Source: an uncultured delta proteobacterium
GTDB taxonomy: Bacteria > Myxococcota_A > Polyangia > Polyangiales > Polyangiaceae
Direction: 5' to 3'
Assembly (NCBI GenBank): GCA_963806225.1
Contig: CAWDXG010000001.1
Coordinates: forward strand, 1,440,001-1,504,000
DNA: 64,000 bases
Under the pieces are notes generated by a model, which ran no database searches, was not told where the DNA came from, and saw nothing but the letters and a program-made list of their open reading frames with translations. The stretch's first letter is position 1. Every line of letters begins with the position of its first letter. Positions 1-8,780 of this stretch are shown here, piece by piece. The position numbers were made by a program, and so were the translations under genes.

Positions 1-158
1 AGTCGACCCAGGCGTCGCTGGCGCCACGCCGGGGTGGTCCGCTCGAACGCGGGTATCCGAAATCGCCTGAAGAGCTGAAGAAGCAGGCCGAAGAGGCCGG
101 AGGCAGCGCGCAGGCGCTCAACACGAAAGCCGCCGCTGGCACGGAGGGCGCGAAGTGA
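1..158 (+). CDS. 3' end of upstream gene, probably NADH-quinone oxidoreductase subunit M (partial)
   Basis: Open frame from 3 (STQASLAPRRGGPLERGYPKSPEELKKQ...) to TGA 156-158, overlapping the nuoN ATG (TGATG). Identity inferred only from position before nuoN. Confidence 0.5.
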   Translation, partial: STQASLAPRRGGPLERGYPKSPEELKKQAEEAGGSAQALNTKAAAGTEGAK

Positions 159-1702
159 TGAACCTCGTCTTCGGCCTGTCGCCGTTCCTCGCGGTCGGCT
201 TCGGCGCGCTGCTCCTGATGATAGCCGAGGCACTGGGGCGCCCCGCGCCGGATGCCGAGGGCGTCACGGCGGAGGGCGTCGTGCTCGACGCCGGCTCTGG
301 CCGCGCCCCCGAGCTGGCGCTTGTCAGCGCAGTGATCCTGTTCGCCGGTGCGGTGTTCAGCGTCTCGCTCTGGATGATCGGTCCGGAGCACCTCAAGGGG
401 CTGCAGGCGGTCGCGCCGTACCTGCTCATCGACCGGTTCTCCGTCTTCTTCGCCTTTGTGCTGTGCCTCGGTGGCGGTCTGGCGGCTCTGCTCGCCGGCG
501 GCTACCTGCCCGAGCACAGGATCGACCGCAGCGAATACTTCCCGCTGCTCCTGCTCTCGACCTTCGGCGCGATGGCGCTCGCCGCATCGGGCGATCTGCT
601 CAGCCTATTTATCGGGCTGGAGACGATGTCGCTCGGCGTCTATTGCCTCATCGGACTCCGGCGCGGCAGCTCGCGCGCGTCCGAGGCGGCGGTGAAGTAC
701 TTCCTGCTCGGCAGCTTCGCCGCGGCCCTGACTCTGTTCGGCGCGGCGCTTCTGTACGGCGCGACGGGTCACACCGATCTGGTCGGCATCGGCAAGGCCA
801 TCACCAGCATCGGTCAGGCCGGCAGCGTGGTCAGCACGCCTACCGTGCTGATCGCCGTGGTGCTCGTGATCGCCGGGTTGGCGTTCAAGGTCAGCGCGGT
901 GCCGTTCCACATGTGGACGCCCGACGCGTATGAGGGTGCGCCCACGCCCACGACGACGTACATGGCCGTGGCGGTCAAGGCGGCGGCGTTCGCTATCCTG
1001 CTCCGGGTGCTGCTGGTCGCGTTCGGCGATCCACGGCTCATGAGCTGGGGCAGCGGTTGGCCGCCGGTCATCGCGCTGCTCGCCGTGCTGACGATGACCG
1101 TCGCCAACCTGATCGCGGGTCGTCAGGAATCGGTCAAGCGCATGCTGGCCTACTCGTCCATCGCGCACGCCGGCTACATCCTCATCGGCGTCGTGGCCGC
1201 GATGCGTGGCGCGGAAGGCCAGGAGAGCGTCCTCTTCTACCTGCTTGCGTACACCGTCTCCACGGCGGGTGCGTTCGGTGCGCTGATTCTGTGCGGTCGC
1301 CGTGGCGCCGAAGCGGTCAGCTACGAGGATCTCGCGGGGCTCGGCAAGCGCCACCCGGCGGTTGCGCTCGCCTTCTCGCTGTTCCTGCTGTCCCTGGCCG
1401 GCATTCCGCCGACGGTCGGCTTCTTCGGCAAGCTGTACGTGTTCCGCGCGGCGATCGACGCACAGCTGTACGCGTTGGCGGTCATCGGCCTGCTCAACAG
1501 CGTGGTGGGCGCCTACTACTACCTGCGCGTGATGGTCTACATGTACTTCCGCGAGCCCGCGCCGGGCGCTCCCCAGGCCACGCCGATGAGCTCCGGCATG
1601 GTCACCGCGGCGCTGATCATTACGGCAGTGCTGGTGCTGGCGCTCGGCATCCTCCCCGGCGCTTCGCTCAAGATGGTCGTCGGCGCCGTCGCCGGCGGCT
1701 GA
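158..1702 (+). CDS. nuoN: NADH-quinone oxidoreductase subunit N
   Basis: Polytopic protein with LETMSL, EAAVKYFLLGS, FKVSAVPFHMWTPDAYEGAPTP, KRMLAYSSIAHAGY and SLAGIPPTVGFFGK motifs. Confidence 0.95.
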   Translation: MNLVFGLSPFLAVGFGALLLMIAEALGRPAPDAEGVTAEGVVLDAGSGRAPELALVSAVILFAGAVFSVSLWMIGPEHLKGLQAVAPYLLIDRFSVFFAFVLCLGGGLAALLAGGYLPEHRIDRSEYFPLLLLSTFGAMALAASGDLLSLFIGLETMSLGVYCLIGLRRGSSRASEAAVKYFLLGSFAAALTLFGAALLYGATGHTDLVGIGKAITSIGQAGSVVSTPTVLIAVVLVIAGLAFKVSAVPFHMWTPDAYEGAPTPTTTYMAVAVKAAAFAILLRVLLVAFGDPRLMSWGSGWPPVIALLAVLTMTVANLIAGRQESVKRMLAYSSIAHAGYILIGVVAAMRGAEGQESVLFYLLAYTVSTAGAFGALILCGRRGAEAVSYEDLAGLGKRHPAVALAFSLFLLSLAGIPPTVGFFGKLYVFRAAIDAQLYALAVIGLLNSVVGAYYYLRVMVYMYFREPAPGAPQATPMSSGMVTAALIITAVLVLALGILPGASLKMVVGAVAGG

Positions 1703-1807
1703 CAAGTCACATCCGACCTGCCCACCCCCGCCGTAGTCCTCCGCCGGGGGCTCACCGTCCCAGGACCCCCGACGCGATTCGCGTCGCCGCCGCTCGGTGG
1801 GATCTAC

Positions 1808-2440
1808 CTAGCGCACCACGAGGAACTCGAGCGGCTGGCGCGGTCCGCCGACGACGAAGGGATCGTAGACGAGGTGGATCCCGGTCGCGTCGCGCGGCAG
1901 TTCGAACGTGATCCAGCCATGTGCCTTGTCGCCCTTCTTCATCCGCATCGAATCCAGCGCCGGGCGGCAGCCGCCGAAGGTGGGCGTGTAGCTGCGATGC
2001 CGTGAGTCATGCAGGGTGGCGTAGAAGGGGCTCACCCGGAGCTCGTTGTCGGACGTGCTCTCGAGCTTGACCTCCACGCCGAGCCACATGTTGCCTTGGC
2101 GCGGCTGGTAGTACTCCTTGGACCGGCACTCCTTCACGGACACGAGCTTCATCCGGTAGTCCGGAGCTTCGACGTTCTCGCCTATCGGGTTCGCGGGTCC
2201 CTTCTGCTCCTGTCCCGTTCCCGCTTCGGCCATCTCGGTGGCCGCCGGGATCGCGCTCTGGATGCTGTGCGGGGCGCTCGAGCCGGGCGCGGCGCTCGCC
2301 GCCGCGGAGCTCGACGCCGCGGTGCCGGCGTGCGTGCCGTGCTTGCAACCCGGAAGCAGCCAGGAGAGCACCAACGCAGCGGCGGCCAGGCCGCGCGGCA
2401 GCGCGATATGCCCGGCTTTTCCAGCTGTTTCCGACGACAC
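1808..2440 (-). CDS. DUF4352-like (Ig-like) lipoprotein, paralog 1
   Basis: Lipobox LLPGC; motifs WLGVEV, PFYATLHD, GWITFE shared with two neighbours. GTG start at 2440 after a purine-rich RBS. Confidence 0.7.
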   Translation of the reverse strand: MSSETAGKAGHIALPRGLAAAALVLSWLLPGCKHGTHAGTAASSSAAASAAPGSSAPHSIQSAIPAATEMAEAGTGQEQKGPANPIGENVEAPDYRMKLVSVKECRSKEYYQPRQGNMWLGVEVKLESTSDNELRVSPFYATLHDSRHRSYTPTFGGCRPALDSMRMKKGDKAHGWITFELPRDATGIHLVYDPFVVGGPRQPLEFLVVR

Positions 2441-2466
2441 GGCTCTTCCCTTGTTTCCCCTGGTCC

Positions 2467-2994
2467 TCAACGCCCGAGATCGAAGTGTACTTCCTGGTGC
2501 TGATGACCGGGCACGCGAGGATCGTAGCGGAACACCAGCCCGGAGGCGTGCTCGCGGATCTCGAAGGTGACCAGACCGTGCGCTGTCGCCCCGCGCGCCA
2601 GCGGCGGGTGCGACAATGCCGGTTTGCAGCCGTCGAACCGCGCGCGGTAGCTCCGGCCATCGGCGTCGGTCAGCCGCGCGTAGAACGGATTCGCCGGCAC
2701 GGGCGTGTCCGTGAGCGCTTCGAGCGAAACCTCGACCCCCAGCCAGGCATGACCCTTGTCGGGCTGTTCGAAAGCGAGGGGCGGGCACTGCCGGACGCCG
2801 TCGACGGTCATCCGGTACAGGCTTGTCCGGATCTGCCGCCCGATCTCCACGCCCGTGCTGGACGAAGCGGCCGGCGTCTGTCCGCCGTCGGCGGAGGTCG
2901 AGCCGAGCGCATCCAGTCGCTGGCAGCCCGCAAATGCCACGGCGCCCGCCAGGCCTAGTAGCCAGCGGGCGCCGGGTGGACGGGTGCGACGCAT
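2467..2994 (-). CDS. DUF4352-like lipoprotein, paralog 2
   Basis: Lipobox FAGC; WLGVEV, NPFYARLTDADG, GLVTFEI; ends FDLGR. Confidence 0.7.
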   Translation of the reverse strand: MRRTRPPGARWLLGLAGAVAFAGCQRLDALGSTSADGGQTPAASSSTGVEIGRQIRTSLYRMTVDGVRQCPPLAFEQPDKGHAWLGVEVSLEALTDTPVPANPFYARLTDADGRSYRARFDGCKPALSHPPLARGATAHGLVTFEIREHASGLVFRYDPRVPGHQHQEVHFDLGR

Positions 2995-3023
2995 CGGGGG
3001 ATGCCGGCTCGCGCCGGGCAAGC

Positions 3024-3578
3024 CTAGCGACCCAGGTCGAACTTGATGGTCTGCGACGCGCCGAACAGGCTCGGGTTGTAGCTCAGCTTGAGGCCCGACG
3101 ACGCCTTCGGGATCTCGAACACGACCCAGCCCTTGGCCTTCTCGCCCTTGGCCAGCTGCGTGCCCTTCAGCGTCGGATCACAGTCCTTGGTCGACCTGTA
3201 CGACGGGTTGTAGGCGATGCCCTCGCCGTCCGTGATCTTGGCGTTGCCGGGGTTGGCGAAGAAGGGCTTGTCGGCGGATGACTCGACCAGGAGCTCCACG
3301 CCGATCCAGATGTTCCCCTTCTTGGGCTTGCTGAAGTAGTACTTGTTCTTGCACTGCTTCACGTTCGACACGGTCAGCTTGAAGTCGAGCGCCGAACCGG
3401 TATCGCCAACCTTGTAGACCTTGTTGGTGACCTTCGGAGCGGTTGCCGTGGGAGCGGCCGTCGTAGCCGCGGTCGTCACGGTCGGGGCCGGCGCCTTCTT
3501 TTTCTTGCAGGCGAGAAGCGAGCCCGCGACGAGGGCGGCGCATGCGAAAACGGTCAGGGTGTTGGCGCGAGTGCTCAT
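3024..3578 (-). CDS. DUF4352-like lipoprotein, paralog 3
   Basis: Lipobox LLAC, Thr/Ala/Pro linker, WIGVEL, NPGNAKITDGEG, GWVVFEIP; ends FDLGR. Confidence 0.75.
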   Translation of the reverse strand: MSTRANTLTVFACAALVAGSLLACKKKKAPAPTVTTAATTAAPTATAPKVTNKVYKVGDTGSALDFKLTVSNVKQCKNKYYFSKPKKGNIWIGVELLVESSADKPFFANPGNAKITDGEGIAYNPSYRSTKDCDPTLKGTQLAKGEKAKGWVVFEIPKASSGLKLSYNPSLFGASQTIKFDLGR

Positions 3579-3742
3579 TGCCGGCGAACCTTTCGTCAGG
3601 TGGTTCCGGGCCTCCCCGGAGCGCGGCGACCTTACACGAGCCGTCAGCGCTTTTGAAGCAGGATCCAGCCGAAATGGAAAAGGACAACCAGGGAAGACTG
3701 GCCAAGTGGCCGGGAACGCCGCCGCGGATGCCCTACTGGATC

Positions 3743-3758
3743 GGGTCCGAAGCTTGCT
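3743..3758 (+). promoter_or_regulatory. Possible sigma54 promoter for the 3883 gene
   Basis: GGGTCCGAAGCTTGCT has GG-N10-GC spacing with TTGC, but the -24 box is imperfect. Confidence 0.3.
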
Positions 3759-3882
3759 AGCTTCGGACCACGCTGCCTGGTACGCCGCGCCCAGCAGTTT
3801 CTTCCGTCTTTCCGCAAGCCCCCGGGCAACGCCGGGGGGCCGTGTCCAGCGCCGCCCCCGAACGGCGCGTCGAGGAGCTTCC

Positions 3883-4812
3883 GTGAACCGATCGCATGCT
3901 GCCGTTCTTGCCACCGTTGTTGTCGCTGCTGCCATCCCGGGGGCACTAGCGGGCTGCAAGCACCCGGCTCACGGCTCGGCGGCGGCGGGGTCGGCCAGCG
4001 CGGCGTCGACCAGCGCGGCTCCGGCCACGTCGGCGCCGCGGGCTATCCCGGTGCCCGCAAAAGTGGTCCAGCAGGCCGTCAATCCCAAGGGCGCCAAGCC
4101 GTACGCCGGTCCCACGGGGACCCTGGCCGGCACCATCACGATCAGTGGCGATCCGCCTCCCGAACAGTCGAAGGTGCTCGAGAGCATCCCGGCCAAGTGC
4201 GCCCGCGCGCCCGGGATGTACGGCAAGCTGTTCCGGGTCGACGCGCAGGGGCACCTGGCCGACGCCCTCGTGACGGTGACCGGCTACCAGGGCTTCGTGC
4301 CGGCCCAGGCGGACGCGAAGACCGTGACGGGGCGCGGCTGTGCCTGGGACACCCGCACCATTGCGCTGACGTTCGGCCAGAAGCTGCAGGTGAAGTCACG
4401 CGGCCGCACGGCCTATGTGCCGGAGCTTCGGGGCGGGCACATGGCGTCGCAGATGGTGGCGATCCCGGGCGGCTCGGCGGTCACGCTGCTCCCGAACCAG
4501 GTGGGGCGGTTCCAGCTGGTCGACAGCATGCACCTGTTCATGGAGGCGGACGTTCTGGTGCTGAAGTACGCGACGTTCGATGTGACCGGACCGGACGGCG
4601 CCTACGAGATCAAGGGCGTTCCGGCGGGAGGCGAAGTCACGCTCACGGCCTTCCTGCCGCAGATCATGGCGCACGTGGATCGCAAGGTGAAGGTCGAGCC
4701 GGGCAAGACGACGCGGGTCGATCTGCAGCTCGAGTACAAGAAGCCGGCAGAGCCCGCAAAGCCTGCTGCCAGCACGAAGCCCGGCTCGAAGCCGGTGCCC
4801 GTCATTCGTTGA
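3883..4812 (+). CDS. Lipoprotein with carboxypeptidase-regulatory-like / cupredoxin-like beta domains
   Basis: GAGGAG RBS then GTG; lipobox LAGC; GTLAGTITISG and FDVTGPDGAYEIKGVPAG patterns. Confidence 0.65.
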   Translation: MNRSHAAVLATVVVAAAIPGALAGCKHPAHGSAAAGSASAASTSAAPATSAPRAIPVPAKVVQQAVNPKGAKPYAGPTGTLAGTITISGDPPPEQSKVLESIPAKCARAPGMYGKLFRVDAQGHLADALVTVTGYQGFVPAQADAKTVTGRGCAWDTRTIALTFGQKLQVKSRGRTAYVPELRGGHMASQMVAIPGGSAVTLLPNQVGRFQLVDSMHLFMEADVLVLKYATFDVTGPDGAYEIKGVPAGGEVTLTAFLPQIMAHVDRKVKVEPGKTTRVDLQLEYKKPAEPAKPAASTKPGSKPVPVIR

Positions 4813-5890
4813 GCCGGCTGGGGCCGTCCGGCTGCGCGGCGAGTTGTTTGCGTGTGGAAGGAAGACCGTACCCCTGGAGCCAGCTCTCGGCCGCCGCCTT
4901 GCCTGCCCGTCTCTGGAGCAATGCCGCGAGGAGCCGCGCGGCGGGCGGTCGCGGCGTGACGGGGCTTTGCCCGAGCGATGTCAGAGCGGTGCTGAAGGCG
5001 GCCTGATCGCCGGACAGGTCAGCTGCGACCAGCCTTGCGATCCAGGCGTTGGCATCCTCCGGGTCGGCATGCAGCACCTCGTCCGCGAGCCGCGCGGCTG
5101 TTCCGGGCAGACCCAGGCGTGCCGCGCGAACGGCAAGATCGCCCAGCGCCAGATGGGCTGCCAGCGCGCGCTGGCGCGCCTGGTCGACATCCCCGGACAG
5201 CAGCGCCTCGTCCACGGAGCCCAGCGGTGCGAGGTCCGGGTAGCGGCGCTCGAGAGCCGCTCGCTGATCCGGCGCGCGCAGGATCAGCGCGCGCGCGGCG
5301 CGCAGTTCCTGTTGGCGGTTCCCGGCGTCCTTGGCGGTCTCGAGAAGCGCACGCCATCCGGAAAGCGATGTCGGGTCGCGCGCCACCAGCGCTTCGAGCC
5401 AGCGGAGAGCCGTCTCTTCGTGTCCCTGGCGTCGGAGCAGCTCCGCCATCAGCACGCTGGTCTCCTGGTCGTCGGGGTCGAGCGCGAAGGCCTTCCTCGC
5501 GGCGGTGAGGGCGGTGTCGATGTGCCCGTGCGACAGATCGCATTGGGCCTGCTCGCGCCACAACGGTGCGTAGGAGGCGTCGATCGAGCGGGCGCGTCCG
5601 AATGCGCTTTGCGCGTCCTGTCGTCCGCGGCGGCAGGATAGCGCCCCGAGGCGCGTCCAGATCGCGGCGCTGTCCGGATCCTCGTCGAGCGCCTGCCGGT
5701 AGGCGCGTTCGGCCTCTCCGGGCTGGCCTTTCGCCTCCAGGTACGCTCCCTCGGCGTAGCTGGCATAGGCCTCGGGCGGGATGTAACGCCCCACGTGTTC
5801 GCGGCCGTTCACCACGCGCACCACTGGCGACGGCCCGAACACGCAGCCCGCAAGCAGCAGAGGCACGACTCCGAGCAGAGCAACTCTCAA
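4802..5890 (-). CDS. TPR-repeat lipoprotein
   Basis: Lipobox LLAGC; several TPR-like helix pairs (AERAYRQALDEDP, ARKAFALDP). TTG start overlaps the hisC stop. Confidence 0.75.
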   Translation of the reverse strand: MRVALLGVVPLLLAGCVFGPSPVVRVVNGREHVGRYIPPEAYASYAEGAYLEAKGQPGEAERAYRQALDEDPDSAAIWTRLGALSCRRGRQDAQSAFGRARSIDASYAPLWREQAQCDLSHGHIDTALTAARKAFALDPDDQETSVLMAELLRRQGHEETALRWLEALVARDPTSLSGWRALLETAKDAGNRQQELRAARALILRAPDQRAALERRYPDLAPLGSVDEALLSGDVDQARQRALAAHLALGDLAVRAARLGLPGTAARLADEVLHADPEDANAWIARLVAADLSGDQAAFSTALTSLGQSPVTPRPPAARLLAALLQRRAGKAAAESWLQGYGLPSTRKQLAAQPDGPSRLNE

Positions 5891-6978
5891 GCGACCTCGC
5901 CGAGCGCCGATAGGAAAGCGTCGTTCTGATCGCGGCGGCCGATGGTCACCCTGAGCTGATGGGCGAGCCGCCCGCCGCGGCGATGGAAGCTCCTCACCAG
6001 GACCCCGCGCTCTGCCAGATCCGCGAACACCTCGCCGGCCGGGCGCTCGGTGCGGAGCCACAGGAAGTTCGCCTCGCTGGGCGTGACATCCACGCGGGGC
6101 ATACGCCCAAGCTCGCTGGCGACCCGCTCGCGCTCGTCGATCACCGTGCGTCTCACGAGCTCGATCTCGCCGCCGAGCTCGGAGAGCACGACGCGCCCGA
6201 GTTGCTGCGACGGCGTGGAGATGTTGTACGGCAGGCGCGCCTTGTCGAGCTCGCGCACGAGCTCCGGGTGCGCCAGAAGCCAGCCGAGACGCAGCGCGGC
6301 GAACCCGATCTTCGACAGCGTCCTCAGTATGGCCACGTTGTCGTGACGCCGGTATAGCTCGAGGTGGTCCCCCCGCGCGTAGTCGACGTAGGCCTCGTCG
6401 ATGACGACGAGCGCGCCGGCGGCAGCTTCGATCACCCGCTCGAGATCCGCACTGCTGGCCGTCGTGCCGGTCGGATTGTTCGGGCTCGCGATGAAGACGA
6501 TGTTGGGCGCCCCAATGTCGATCGCCTGGAGCATCGAGTCGACCGCCAGGTTCCAGGCATCGTCCAGCGGCACCTCCATCACCCGGAGGCCGCGTACCTT
6601 CGCGCTCTGCCGGTACATCACGAAGGTCGGCGTGGTGGTGACGAGCAAGCCCTCCCTGGCGCGCCCGCGCGGGCGCGCCAGGACCGTCAGGAGCAGGGCG
6701 ATTACCTCGTCACTGCCGACGCCGACGAGCACTTCGTCCGCGCTGACTCCCGCGTGCGCGGCGATGGCTTCACGGAGCTCGCGGGCGGTCGCGTCGGGGT
6801 AACGCTCCCACGCCGTGCCGGCGACTTCCTCCGCCAGTCGCGCGCGGGCCTCGGGGCGGAGCAGCGCCGGAGCCTCGTTGGCGTCGAGGCGCACCGCGTA
6901 CCGGCCCTGCTCGGGGGTATAGGCGGCCAGATCCGCCATCTGCGGTACGACCAGATCTTCCAGGGACAGCTCCGGCAT
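5887..6978 (-). CDS. hisC: Histidinol-phosphate aminotransferase
   Basis: LDANE, RYPD, GSDE, SPNNPTG, IDEAY, RTLSK (PLP lysine), ANF and LRVTIG motifs. Confidence 0.93.
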   Translation of the reverse strand: MPELSLEDLVVPQMADLAAYTPEQGRYAVRLDANEAPALLRPEARARLAEEVAGTAWERYPDATARELREAIAAHAGVSADEVLVGVGSDEVIALLLTVLARPRGRAREGLLVTTTPTFVMYRQSAKVRGLRVMEVPLDDAWNLAVDSMLQAIDIGAPNIVFIASPNNPTGTTASSADLERVIEAAAGALVVIDEAYVDYARGDHLELYRRHDNVAILRTLSKIGFAALRLGWLLAHPELVRELDKARLPYNISTPSQQLGRVVLSELGGEIELVRRTVIDERERVASELGRMPRVDVTPSEANFLWLRTERPAGEVFADLAERGVLVRSFHRRGGRLAHQLRVTIGRRDQNDAFLSALGEVA

Positions 6979-6987
6979 GGGCCGCGC

Positions 6988-6993
6988 ATTGTA
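6988..6993 (-). promoter_or_regulatory. -10 element (TACAAT) 9 nt before the hisC ATG; likely leaderless or near-leaderless
   Basis: TACAAT-GCGCGGCCC-ATG with no Shine-Dalgarno between box and start. Confidence 0.55.
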
Positions 6994-7193
6994 GCCTCCC
7001 GGAGGCGTCGTAGCCGGCCTGGAAGGCCGAAAAAAAACTCCCGACCCACCCATTTCGTCGAGCACCGGGCAGGTCGGGAGCAGGGGTCACGGTCGGTTCA
7101 AGCCTGCGGGGGAATGTTGGGAAACAGGCATCCCGACGGTTTCTGGAGGTCGGTCGGGCTTGCTGCAGACTTTCCCCGACCGTGGCCCCGTTG

Positions 7194-7988
7194 TCAGTAG
7201 CTGTAGGTCAGCTTGTACGCCGTGCAGGCATTGCCGCCTGGTTGATCCACGCGGATGTAGACGTTGGCGGACTGGTTGTTCGTAAGCCCGCTGCACTGGA
7301 CGGTGGCTTCGGCCGTCCCGCCCGTGTTGCAGCAGCCGTCGAGACCGCTGTCGGTCGCGTTCGTACCCTGCGTGCAGCTCCGCGTGGTGTTGCCGGAAGC
7401 GCACTTGACGAATACGCACACCCGCAGGTTCGACTGGTCGACCTTGGCTGTCGCGTCGCCGGAGCACAGGGTTCCCCCGCTGGCGGTGGCCGTGTACCAG
7501 TCGGTGTCGCCGGACATGTCTGCCACGCCGTTGTGCGTCTTCGAGCTGCCGCCGCAGCTCACTGAGCTCAACGAAGTCGCGGCGCCGCGTGTCTCGTTCG
7601 GCTCGTCCTTGTTGTCCGTGCAGGAGCCTCCTGCGCCGCCCGTGCCGGCCGCACCGCCGGAGCCGGCCGCACCGCCGGAGCCGGCCGCGCCGCCGGAGCC
7701 GGCCGCGCCGCCGGAGCCGGCCGCGCCGCCGGAGCCGGCCGCGCCGGCCACACCGCCATCCGCGCCGGCCATGCCGCTGGAGCCGGCCATGCCGCCGTCG
7801 GCGCCGGCCACGCCACCCGCGCCGGCCATGGAGCCACCCGCGCCGGCCATGCCGCCGGAGCCGGCTGCGCCGCCCGGGGAGCTGGTGATCGCGTTGGTGT
7901 CGCTCGAGCCGCAGCCGACGGCCAGCCCGGCCGCCGCTGCCGTCGCCGACAGGAAGATCAAGGAATGGATCCGAAAGCGTCGTGTCAT
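7194..7988 (-). CDS. Lipoprotein with Gly/Ala/Ser linker and Cys-rich PPC-like C-terminal domain
   Basis: GGAGG RBS; lipobox AVGC; (GGAAGS)n linker; DEPNE...DTDWY motif. Confidence 0.8.
   Translation of the reverse strand: MTRRFRIHSLIFLSATAAAAGLAVGCGSSDTNAITSSPGGAAGSGGMAGAGGSMAGAGGVAGADGGMAGSSGMAGADGGVAGAAGSGGAAGSGGAAGSGGAAGSGGAAGSGGAAGTGGAGGSCTDNKDEPNETRGAATSLSSVSCGGSSKTHNGVADMSGDTDWYTATASGGTLCSGDATAKVDQSNLRVCVFVKCASGNTTRSCTQGTNATDSGLDGCCNTGGTAEATVQCSGLTNNQSANVYIRVDQPGGNACTAYKLTYSY
7654..7743. repeat. 18-bp coding tandem repeat, 5 copies (ccgccggagccggccgcR)
   Basis: Read directly; encodes GGAAGS units on the minus strand, with degenerate copies on both sides. Confidence 0.9.
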
Positions 7989-8034
7989 CAGCAGTACCTC
8001 CGAGAGTCACTCTGGAGGCTCTACAGAACCGACG

Positions 8035-8667
8035 TTAGCGTTCTTTTCCGACACCCCCGTCGGGGTCGACCGAGCGCTCCGGCTCGTCGTTACCCGTGGT
8101 GCGCGCGTCGCCGCCGCCGAGGCAGAAATCCTGGAAGCGCCGGCGCAGGGTGGTGCTCGCACGGAGCTCGGGGACGACCGCTGCCGCCATCGAGATGCCG
8201 GCAAGGAACGCCGCGGCGCTCTGTGCGTCGTCGGGAAGCGTTGCTCCCGAACGCGAAGCGAGGCGCTTGAGCCGTCCGACTAGCTGCTGAGCTTCCTTGC
8301 GGATGTCCTGGAGCTTGTCGTTCGAGAACGCCGCACGCGGATCGACCGACTGGGGAAACAGCAGGCCGAAGGCGGCAGGGCTCGATTGCGCGAAGCGGAC
8401 CGGCACGTCCAGTGCTTCGGCGAGCCCCTCGGCTGCAGCGGTGCGGCCCGATAGATCCGACAGCGCTTGCCCGGCCATCTGCGCCACGAGCGCCTCCAGC
8501 GACTCGAAGTAGCCGTAGACCGTGGCGCGACCGAGCTCGGCGCGCGCGGCGACGCGCTCGACGCTGAAGCCGGCCCAACCCGTTTCGCGTGCGACCTCCC
8601 ACGCCGCATCGAGGATCTCGCCGCGGCGCTTTTCGCGTTCCCGTGCTCGACGTTCGGAAATGCCCAT
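8035..8667 (-). CDS. TetR/AcrR family transcriptional regulator
   Basis: RREREKRRGEILDAA...FSVERVAARAELGRATVYGYFES helix-turn-helix. Confidence 0.85.
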   Translation of the reverse strand: MGISERRAREREKRRGEILDAAWEVARETGWAGFSVERVAARAELGRATVYGYFESLEALVAQMAGQALSDLSGRTAAAEGLAEALDVPVRFAQSSPAAFGLLFPQSVDPRAAFSNDKLQDIRKEAQQLVGRLKRLASRSGATLPDDAQSAAAFLAGISMAAAVVPELRASTTLRRRFQDFCLGGGDARTTGNDEPERSVDPDGGVGKER

Positions 8668-8780
8668 GCGCGCCGAAATCGAACGACACCGCACCCGCCG
8701 AGTCAAGCGAGCGGCCGCGCAGCACGCACCAGCGGCCAGGATCTCGATGATCCGTCCGTCGCAGCGGCGCCCGGATCGGG

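Noticed and set aside
7010..7050. Intrinsic terminator or his attenuator at the A8 run upstream of hisC
   Set aside because: On the minus strand the T-run precedes the GGCC hairpin rather than following it, and there is no His-rich leader peptide.
7654..7743. CRISPR array or RiPP precursor repeat
   Set aside because: Contiguous in-frame 18-bp units without spacers inside a lipoprotein linker; no cas or RiPP maturase genes in the window.
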